DNA of 63,126 nt, filler included, from Klebsormidium nitens (taxonomy: Eukaryota > Plantae > Klebsormidiophyceae), in NCBI GenBank assembly GCA_000708835.1. It is 8 parts of 8 records of this genome, joined end to end, with 100 filler letters (N's around TTAATTAATTAA, not from the genome) between each part and the next. Parts side by side here need not be neighbours in the genome. Positions count along the whole stretch, not along the records: positions 1 to 5,700 come from DF238410.1; positions 5,801 to 22,346 come from DF237990.1; 6 more parts are not named here. The stretch is one strand, 5' to 3'. A program made the position numbers and the translations under genes. The notes under the pieces are model-generated. The model searched no databases and was not told the DNA's origin. It saw nothing but the letters and a program-made list of their open reading frames with translations. Below, piece after piece: positions 1 through 7,031 of this stretch (position 1 is the stretch's first letter; each line of letters begins with the position of its first letter).

Positions 1-27
1 AGGTCTAGGCAGATTCATACAAAGTAT

Positions 28-1158
28 ATGCATGTTTTGCTTCAAGGTCTGGTGCAAGTGCTTTTTGAAGACAGGCATTTGCAGAAGCAGCACATAGACA
101 AATTAGAAAGAAGGATCGCTGAGATGATGAAGGAAGGGTTTCCTGGGGTTAAGGAAATGCAGGCGCCGGGCTTGAAGCTTTTTAGGGAGGAGCAGGGGCA
201 GGGGCAGGGGCAGGAGCAGGAGAGGCTGGCGCCAGGATCGATGCTCCCTGAGGAGGGGCCGGGGCAGGAACAGGAGGGGCTGGCGCCAGGGTCGATGCTC
301 CCGGAGGAGGGGCAGGGGCAGGGGCAGGAGGAGGAGGGGCTGGCGCCAGGATCAAAGCTTTCTGAGGAGGGGCAGGGGCAGGGGCAGGAGCAGGAGGGGC
401 TGGCGCCAGGATCAAAGCTTTCTGAGGAGGGGCAAGAGGAGAAAAGGATGGCGCCGCGGTCGATGCAGGGACGGGAGAGGCTGGCGCCGGGGAAAGAGCT
501 TCCTGATGAGAGGCAATGGATGGAGAGGCAGGCGCCCGCGTCGATGCTTTCTGGGGAGAGGCAGGAGGAGGCGCAATTGTCGGTGCTTTCTGGGAGGTTG
601 GCGCCGAAATTGATGCTCTCTGAGGAGCGGCGGGGGCAGGAGAGGCAGGCGCCGGTGTCGATGTTCCCCGAGGAGAGGCTGCAGAAGCAGGCGCCGGGGC
701 TAATGCCCTCTGAGGAGGGGCAGGCGCAAGAGCAGGAGAGGCAGGCGCCGACGTCGGTGCTTTCTGGGGAGAGAGAGGAAGAGCAGGCGCCGGCATCGAT
801 GCTTTCTGAGAAGCTGGCGCCAGGGCTGATGCTCTCTGAGGAGCGGCGGGGGCAGCAAAGGCATGCGCCGGAGTCGAGGCTTCCCGAAGAGAGGCAGGGG
901 AGGCGGGCGCAGAAGGGGCAGGTTCGGGGATCGATGCTCTCTGAGGAGCGGCGGGGGCAGGAGAGGCAGGCGTCGGTGTCGAGCCTTCCCGAGCATAAGC
1001 AGAAGAGTCAGCAGACCTCTGAGAAGGATAGGAGGAAGACGGAGAGGCGGGAGCGAAAGGAGTCGAAGAAGCGAGAACACAGATCGAAGACGGTGAGTAG
1101 GACGTCCCGGCACTCGAAGGTGCCGTCCCCTGCCGTATTCGATGCGATGAACTTCTAG
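28..1158 (+). CDS. Low-complexity E/Q/G-rich tandem-repeat protein with basic C-terminus, function unknown
   Basis: 376-aa intronless ORF with repeats such as GQGQGQEQEGLAPGSKLSEE and QAPASMLSGE, ending in a K/R-rich tail. Confidence 0.5.
   Translation: MHVLLQGLVQVLFEDRHLQKQHIDKLERRIAEMMKEGFPGVKEMQAPGLKLFREEQGQGQGQEQERLAPGSMLPEEGPGQEQEGLAPGSMLPEEGQGQGQEEEGLAPGSKLSEEGQGQGQEQEGLAPGSKLSEEGQEEKRMAPRSMQGRERLAPGKELPDERQWMERQAPASMLSGERQEEAQLSVLSGRLAPKLMLSEERRGQERQAPVSMFPEERLQKQAPGLMPSEEGQAQEQERQAPTSVLSGEREEEQAPASMLSEKLAPGLMLSEERRGQQRHAPESRLPEERQGRRAQKGQVRGSMLSEERRGQERQASVSSLPEHKQKSQQTSEKDRRKTERRERKESKKREHRSKTVSRTSRHSKVPSPAVFDAMNF
200..445 (+). repeat. Coding minisatellite, 54-60 bp unit
   Basis: Near-identical units CAGGAGGGGCTGGCGCCAGGATCAAAGCTTTCTGAGGAGGGGCAGGGG; degenerate copies continue to about 990. 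Confidence 0.85.
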
Positions 1159-1208
1159 TCAATGTCGAGCCTGATTAGTGCGGTCCTTAAAGATAGCTTG
1201 ATCTTTGA

Positions 1209-1676
1209 ATGGCATCGCGGGTGACTACAATCTCTCGCATCTCGCAAAAACATCTCCCCGAAGTCGAAGACGATCCTGCAGCGCCGCCGCCGAAGAAGCA
1301 GCGAAACGCTCCGTCGGACACCGCAACCGGCGACGAAGTGGAAATCGAACTGACGCGCAATCAGAAGAAGGGAGTCTCGAGATTGATCGAGACTATGTTC
1401 GGATTCCTGGCGAAGGCGGATCCGTCCCAGACGAAGAGGAGTTTGGTCCTGGATATTGCCAACTTCAAATATGCACTCGATAGCGGTGTCGACTGGGCTG
1501 GGAATATCGGCTTTGTGATGGAGGTCGTGAGAAGCTACGTCGCTTTCTTTGCTTACGCGGTCGAGCATCTGGGGAACATCCCGGAACGAGATCAGATCGA
1601 AGCCGCGATGCAAAAGAACGAGAGGTTCGTCAAGGCACTGGTAGACAATCTAAAGCAGACTGCAGAGAGGCTCTGA
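1209..1676 (+). CDS. Hypothetical protein (probably viral) with SV40-type NLS PPPKKQR
   Basis: 155-aa intronless ATG-started ORF, globular helical C-terminal half, next to VLTF3. Confidence 0.6.
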   Translation: MASRVTTISRISQKHLPEVEDDPAAPPPKKQRNAPSDTATGDEVEIELTRNQKKGVSRLIETMFGFLAKADPSQTKRSLVLDIANFKYALDSGVDWAGNIGFVMEVVRSYVAFFAYAVEHLGNIPERDQIEAAMQKNERFVKALVDNLKQTAERL

Positions 1677-1950
1677 CTCGACGTTGGTCGTAGTATCATC
1701 GTCGTTATACCATTGCCGCACAGATCTAGTACCAACTATATGCGCACCGCCCGGGTTATGACGCATTGGCAACTATTCCGCATTTTGGTGGAGACGCGGC
1801 GATATTTGGCAGCGTCTCCACCAGCACTGCCAGCATGTTTTGCCATTTTCATAGGGTTGACTCCGCGAATCCGTTTCAAGCCGTACCATTATTGTAGGCC
1901 AGTGTTCACGCATGGTCCATGTACTCGGTCATCACCATGTTCAACAACTT

Positions 1951-2589
1951 TTAAGTATCTGTAGGGATGAAATGCCATGATAGGTCTTGCCAGATCCTTT
2001 CCCATATCCCGTCGTATACCCTCAGCTTCACCCTACTCTTCACCAACGGTACGTGAACCAGCATCTGATCTATCTTCAACAGCTGGCAGAACTTGTACAA
2101 GCAGAATGCGTACGAGAGGAAGCTCGCCCGCCCCGGCGGTTTGTTCTTCTGGAACGGCTCTTGCACAGCCGAAAACATGAATATGATCTTCTCTTTCATC
2201 TCAGTGTCTATCTCAGGTTCTGCTGCCCCGCCTAGGGACCGGCAGATGGACACCGAATGCTCGTAATACTGTGACAGATTGAGCTTCTTCAAGTAACCAC
2301 GAACTTTTTGGGGAGTGATCTCGTCGACAGACGTCATGTCTGCCTTCCTGAATTCAGCCTTCACCGCATCGATGACATCGTGTGGGATGACTGTCCTTTC
2401 TTTGCCGAGCACCTGATTCAGCCAGTTGGTGAAATGGACAATCCTTTTGTAGTTGAACGAAGGGAACACGCCTCTGTGACTATGCAGAGCGGATGTCATG
2501 ATGTTGCTATGTCTGGAGAGTTCGAAATCTTGATTCCCTAAACACTGTACACCTCTTTGGTCGAGAGCGTGCCCAGCAGTCCCGACCAA
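1951..2589 (-). CDS. VLTF3: NCLDV late transcription factor VLTF3 (poxvirus A2L-like); 5' part degraded
   Basis: Family motifs YKRIVHFTNWLNQVLGKE..IP, VRGYLKKL...YYEH, SFLSY.FCLYKFCQLL, KS..KL...D.IW..I..DL.W.FIPT. The N-terminal Zn-finger region is missing or frameshifted (an ACLR(C)G-like remnant sits in another frame near 2590-2630). Confidence 0.9.
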   Translation of the reverse strand: MVGTAGHALDQRGVQCLGNQDFELSRHSNIMTSALHSHRGVFPSFNYKRIVHFTNWLNQVLGKERTVIPHDVIDAVKAEFRKADMTSVDEITPQKVRGYLKKLNLSQYYEHSVSICRSLGGAAEPEIDTEMKEKIIFMFSAVQEPFQKNKPPGRASFLSYAFCLYKFCQLLKIDQMLVHVPLVKSRVKLRVYDGIWERIWQDLSWHFIPTDT

Positions 2590-2680
2590 TCAGAGAGCGC
2601 CACGAAGACACGCATGCTCGAATATCGGGCATCGCGGCTGCACCAGCGGAAAGAGGGGGGCTTTTCGCTGCAGAAATGGA

Positions 2681-3646
2681 CTACAAAAACTTGTGTTCCC
2701 GGGCAACCCTATGCATGAGGTCAAAACCAGTAGCGTCTGGGTCGGTCCCCTCGATCTGCTCGTTCCTGTAAGCTTTCACGTGGGTCGCCCGCCCGTTGAC
2801 TTCCACGAGTTTCGTCCCTGGCTCCTTCCCGGCAATCTGCCTATATTTTTCTGCGAGGATTTTCCCGGGAATTTGTAGCTGCTTGGAATTGAACACCTTT
2901 CCATGCTCGAGCTGCAGGTATTCAGACAGCGTGTACTCTTTCACAACCGGCGCCCGTTCCAAGGCTGGTGGTACCGGTCCACTCGCGCGGTGACCCAGTC
3001 CGGTGAGGTTTTTAGCCTCGCGGACGATCCCCTGGAAGCTCATCAAGTCTGTAACCGTAAAGGCTCCGATTCCCTCGAGTGTGCTGCGCCACTCGTGAGC
3101 AAAACGGATGCGCTTGGCTGGAGCCTCTTCTTCCAACCTTCTATTTTCGATGCGCAGTCTTTCCGTCTCCACTTTCAGCTTCCCCTTCTCGAGTTGGTAC
3201 AGCATCATGGCATTAGGCTCTTCGGGCCGCGCGTGTACGGTAGCCGAGTCGAGCCACGCATCGCGAACGGCGAGGAAGAAAGATCTGACCCGATCCCCCT
3301 TGTCCCCAAGTGCACTCAGCGCGAAGAACTCGAAGGCCTTCGTGGTCATGAAGTATTTGTCCGTCGGTCTTCCACCTAGATCTGCTCCGGAAGGGTTCTT
3401 GTGATGTCTCACAACATCCCTCCGGAAATCAGTACCCTCCTTAAAGCACCGCTTCAGTTTTTGCAGGGCGTTCCCTTTCGAAGAGTACTCCAAAAACAAC
3501 CACACATCATCGAAGTCGATCGGAAAGTCGTTGCCTCCGTCATCAAAGGCTTTGATGAATACCAGTGCAAGGTCTTGCTTTTCACCGTCTGAAATGTCCA
3601 CGATCGCCGAGACCTTTGGATGCGACAGGAACGGGGTGATATCCAT
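2681..3646 (-). CDS. MSV199/AntA-antirepressor-like DNA-binding protein, with coiled coil and phage-antirepressor-like C-terminus
   Basis: FPIDFDDVWLFLEYSSKGNALQKLKRCFKEGTDF...GGRPTDKYFMTTKAFEFFAL...KGDRVRSFF; C-terminal GKILAEKYRQIAGKEP..VEVNGR..VKAY. First ATG at 3646 (ORF finder used TTG at 3679). Confidence 0.75.
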   Translation of the reverse strand: MDITPFLSHPKVSAIVDISDGEKQDLALVFIKAFDDGGNDFPIDFDDVWLFLEYSSKGNALQKLKRCFKEGTDFRRDVVRHHKNPSGADLGGRPTDKYFMTTKAFEFFALSALGDKGDRVRSFFLAVRDAWLDSATVHARPEEPNAMMLYQLEKGKLKVETERLRIENRRLEEEAPAKRIRFAHEWRSTLEGIGAFTVTDLMSFQGIVREAKNLTGLGHRASGPVPPALERAPVVKEYTLSEYLQLEHGKVFNSKQLQIPGKILAEKYRQIAGKEPGTKLVEVNGRATHVKAYRNEQIEGTDPDATGFDLMHRVAREHKFL

Positions 3647-3911
3647 TTGTACCAACCTCACAACCAGATCCTGATCCAAAAGGTCTGCCCCGAGGCTTTC
3701 TTATACCAGGCTGCTGCCAACTGTCTACTAGTGGTAGACTACCGGATCCTAATTCGCAAGCCCCAAGGTGTTTCAAAGCAAGAGGGACAAGAAAGCTCCT
3801 CCTTAAAGCTGGTGAGACTTGCTCTCGTCACGAATCAATGCATGATCATCTCTGAGAAAAGTTACGTATTAGGGATCCGCTCGCGGACTTTCATACCCTT
3901 CCAGCGAGACG

Positions 3912-4014
3912 GCAAGACAGCAAAACAATAGTTTTAGGATACTCTCTGAGAGTCCGTGGACGATCTTGATCCTCCATCCTGGATCCAGGAACTCCTGAGA
4001 TTTTGCTGTCTTGC
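3912..4014. repeat. 14-bp inverted repeat enclosing a 14-bp perfect palindrome
   Basis: GCAAGACAGCAAAA (3912-3925) and TTTTGCTGTCTTGC (4001-4014); TCCTGGATCCAGGA at 3977-3990. Confidence 0.8.
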
Positions 4015-4202
4015 TGTTCTTGCTGCCTTGTGGAATTTCGAACTGGATATTCCACTAAGAAAAGGTCCCTCCCTCAGGGGGATGCTGACGTGGCAGATCA
4101 CTGACGAACCCCCGAGAGTAACGCACTAGGGATTCCGCCGGCCGAGTTTCACGCACCAGCGAGAGGGGTGTTATTCCGTCTTGATATTCTTATCGATATA
4201 AC

Positions 4203-4760
4203 CTAGCCTCGTGGAGTGAGCACGTCGTAATATCTGGTCCGCTCCAAAACTGCCGTAGGCGGCTCCCGCGAGGGTCCCGCTCCGCCGAAGACTCGAGGCT
4301 CGTAGCGCCGGAGTTCGTCTCCGTCCTTCACCACGATCACCGTGCACGTCGCGTACGCCAACACCTCCAGCTCTAGGACGCCTCGCATCGCATCTTTCCT
4401 GACAGATGCCGCGTGTGCCTTCGCTCGGGCGGGCCCCTTCATGCGCTGAACCGCGTCCGGCCAGAACCTGGCGGGATCCATCTCAAGATCGGCGCAGGCC
4501 TCGCGGAGCTCCCTGACGCTACGGGCGTCTCTCGTGGCGCGCCGGACCGCAGCGAACATATTGTCCCTCGTCTTGGGCACGATCACTCTCTTGAAGTCTC
4601 GTCTGATCTTGCGAAGGTCGATCTTGCCGTGATAGTCGTCGTACCGGGCGGGACGTCTCGTATCGCGGGCGGGCCTGACTATGGGCACTACCCTCTTCAC
4701 CCTGAGAGGACCCGGTGGCAGAAACCCACCTCCTCTGGGTGCCGAAGACCGGCCTGCGTC
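4203..4760 (-). CDS. OTU-fold domain lacking catalytic Cys and His; probably the frameshifted 3' half of the histone-fold gene
   Basis: VIVPKTRDNMFAAV matches the Cys loop (PGDGNCLFRAV), ELR, RKDAMRGVLELEVLAY..VIVV matches the variable loop (KDG.WGG.LEL.ALA...I.V), and RYYDVL matches the His loop (HYD.L). No ATG of its own before the domain. Confidence 0.62.
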   Translation of the reverse strand, partial: DAGRSSAPRGGGFLPPGPLRVKRVVPIVRPARDTRRPARYDDYHGKIDLRKIRRDFKRVIVPKTRDNMFAAVRRATRDARSVRELREACADLEMDPARFWPDAVQRMKGPARAKAHAASVRKDAMRGVLELEVLAYATCTVIVVKDGDELRRYEPRVFGGAGPSREPPTAVLERTRYYDVLTPRG

Positions 4761-5385
4761 GCTCGCTCCTCTTTCTCTTGGAGGGTGCACCGGGACTTCC
4801 TGATCCGAAATCAAGGCGCCTCGCGATGGGATGAGAGTGTTCGCTCCATCCCCTCCTGGCACCGGGCGTCTGCCTGGCTCGCTCGCTCCTCTTCCTCTTG
4901 ACGGGTCTTATAGGGCCGGGCGGCGTCTCGGGACTTCTGGCGCTGGGGTGCGTCTCGGTCGCTCTGGGGCTAGGCGGCGTTCCGAAGGTATCCGGGTTCC
5001 AGTCATCACCCCCAAAGTCCACTCCCGCATATTCGTCGACGTGAGGAAGCGGCGACGGTGGACGGGCGGCTCTCCGGGGCCTCGGGACCGGGTTGAAAAA
5101 GTCCCGGTACTTGGCATCGTGGAGGAGACGGTGCCGCAGCGCCCCTTCCGTCTGGAGACCGCCTATGAAGTCCACCATCGCGACGTCGGTCGGTGTGAAG
5201 TTCCTCAATCTTCCGTTTCGCGCGTACAGGGCCAGCACGCCGGATCTGGCGGCGGTCTTCCGCATCCGACTGCGGATGGCTCCACGCAGAACGGCGCACG
5301 CACCCGCCCCCAACCTCGTGTTCGGGGGACGGAAAGTCTTGATGATAGCGTCGACGGTGCGATCGCTCACGGAGGGGACTATCAT
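4519..5385 (-). CDS. Histone-fold (H2A/H2B-like) protein with basic S/T-P-rich tail
   Basis: From ATG 5385: VDAIIKTFRPPNTRLGAGACAVLRGAIRSRMRKTAARSGVLALY..GRLRNFTPTDVAMV. Aligns with H2A ERVGAGAPVYLAAVL...[22 protein letters not shown] and with H2B KVLKQVHPDT...RLAHY...TITSREI. Helix lengths fit a1-L1-a2-L2-a3. Confidence 0.6.
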   Translation of the reverse strand: MIVPSVSDRTVDAIIKTFRPPNTRLGAGACAVLRGAIRSRMRKTAARSGVLALYARNGRLRNFTPTDVAMVDFIGGLQTEGALRHRLLHDAKYRDFFNPVPRPRRAARPPSPLPHVDEYAGVDFGGDDWNPDTFGTPPSPRATETHPSARSPETPPGPIRPVKRKRSERARQTPGARRGWSEHSHPIARRLDFGSGSPGAPSKRKRSERRRPVFGTQRRWVSATGSSQGEEGSAHSQARPRYETSRPVRRLSRQDRPSQDQTRLQESDRAQDEGQYVRCGPARHERRP

Positions 5386-5409
5386 TTTCGTTATGTATAT
5401 CACACATAA
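5386..5409. promoter_or_regulatory. Putative bidirectional AT-rich viral promoter
   Basis: 24-bp AT-rich spacer between two divergent ATGs in GC-rich DNA. TAAATG on + resembles the poxvirus late initiator; AAAATG on -. Confidence 0.45.
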
Positions 5410-5622
5410 ATGGTGCCATCCCAGAAAGTCGTCGAGGGCCTCGTGGGGGCGCATCTGACGAGGCCTCAGTACAAGGCACTCGACGATTCATTCGACTCCT
5501 ACGTCAGAAAGGCATTCGAGGCGGCGAGGAGGAGGGCGACCGAGAGGGTCGGTGAGGCACCGGCATCGGTGACCATAAGCGCCGACGACATGCGTCGAGC
5601 TATCGCTGCCGCTTGGTTGTGA
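5410..5622 (+). CDS. Minimal tail-less histone-fold protein (H4/H2B/archaeal-histone-like)
   Basis: 70 aa. [30 protein letters not shown] matches H4 [41 protein letters not shown] matches KTVTAMDVVYAL. Confidence 0.6.
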   Translation: [70 protein letters not shown]

Positions 5623-5700
5623 CGGACTCGCTTCACGAACCGTTCGCTCTCGCCAGAGTCTGGACGAGATGGATCATGTCTGGTCTTGTCAAGCAGGTGA

Positions 5701-5800
5701 NNNNNNNNNNNNNNNNNNNNNNNNNNNNNNNNNNNNNNNNNNNNTTAATTAATTAANNNNNNNNNNNNNNNNNNNNNNNNNNNNNNNNNNNNNNNNNNNN
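5701..5800. other. Artificial contig linker (N-run with TTAATTAATTAA); identical linkers at 22347-22446, 29827-29926, 37636-37735, 51594-51693, 56897-56996, 59321-59420
   Basis: Each is 100 bp with the same six-frame-stop 12-mer in the middle, so adjacency across them has no biological meaning. The gaps at 14497-14694 and 39845-40632 lack the linker and look like true scaffold gaps. Confidence 0.97.
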
Positions 5801-6024
5801 CAGAGCACAGATAAGCTTGGCTGCATCGAACGGCGAAGCCGAACACAACTTATCCTGAACGGTGACATCAGCTCACAGAAGCCGATCCATCCGGGATATT
5901 ACGCCGTCTTGCAGACAGCCACGCAGTGCGTCGTTAAGACGTAACCACCGCCGTTTCGCTAACCCGCAGGTCAACGAAATCCTGTCGAGAACGAGGTTAG
6001 GCTTAACCAGTCGTAATCGTTACA
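5801..6024 (-). mobile_element. End A of a TGTAACG-terminated mobile element (LTR or TG..CA TIR element)
   Basis: 5911-6024 is the reverse complement of 56784-56896; identity stops exactly at CGTTACA (6024). Confidence 0.8.
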
Positions 6025-6540
6025 CAAATTCAAGCCTCTGGTTCAAGCTGCCTAGGCCATGTGGACCTTTCTTTGTTTTACCGTCAGTTTTGCCCCCCTT
6101 GCCCGCCTTGCCCCCCTTGGCTTTCTTCGGTTGAGGCTCTGGTACCTGATCATGGTGTTCAAAGAGCATGTCTTTCAAGTCCCTCTTTTGCGCTGCGGCT
6201 GCGGCGTCAACTCGCTTGGCTCGCTCTGCTTCCTTGGCATCCAACATTTTCTGAATCCGAGGGCCCTGCCCCCCTTCATTTCTATACTTGTGAGTCATGT
6301 AGCTTGGTCGCGGCGGATGGCTGTTGGAAGTTTTTGGCGGAAAGGAGCGTTGCAAGGACCTTGAAAGGGAGGCGGAGTAGCGTACGTGCGCCGCTCTTGA
6401 AATGCAGCTGCGGTCTCTTGATGCGCTTCAGTTTGATCAGGTACTTAGGCTGCAGCATGAGGCTGCCTCTCAGTGACTAGGTCCAGGTCCTGAAAAATAG
6501 TTTCGTCTTCGTCGTTTCGGGCCGGCTGCGTAGCACTCAT
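6025..6540 (-). pseudogene. Disrupted Lys-rich ORF, divergent from the Plavaka transposase and truncated by the inserted element
   Basis: MSATQPARNDED...QPHAAA*VPDQTEAHQ reads through an in-frame TAA, then shifts frame to KKAKGGKAGKGG and ends at the TGTAACG terminus. Confidence 0.4.
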
Positions 6541-7031
6541 TGCAAGTTCCCAAAAGTTTCGACGGAACGAAACGAGGGAAGTTTGAGATTTTGAATTCGT
6601 ATTTTGACACGTGTGGCATCTAGACCGCTCATCGCTGAATGAAAGTTCCGATGTACGGTCTGCGGGGCGCCGCCGACCCCCGACCGCCGAGGAGCATGGC
6701 GGCCGTCGATGATCGCAAAATCTCGACCGGATGCAATCTCCGGCCGCTCCAGGCTCTTGAATGGCGGCAAAAGTCAAGCACAAGATACGAGAAGAGTCCG
6801 GAGTGAAGGGACAAGTGAGGGGGTGAAGGAACGTACCAAGCTCCGAAGCTGCCGTAGAATCTCTTGAGCTGAGTCCTGGCGCTGTTGTAGGTGGGCGGCC
6901 GTGCCATCTCTCAGAGCTTGTGTCTTCTGAGGAGGGGCGCGCTTCAGACAGTGACTCTTGGGTTCCGATATGATGGGTTTTTAAAGAGCGGTCGGAACGA
7001 GAGCGCTACAAGCTATAGATGGCCAACGCAA

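Noticed and set aside
182-1162. Ala/Pro-rich antisense ORF and the many other overlapping shadow ORFs (e.g. 34118-35008, 41162-42067)
   Set aside because: Stop-poor reverse or alternate frames of GC-rich or repetitive coding sequence.
5745-5756. Recurrent TTAATTAATTAA as a biological motif
   Set aside because: Always centred in a 100-bp N spacer; it is an assembly or concatenation linker.
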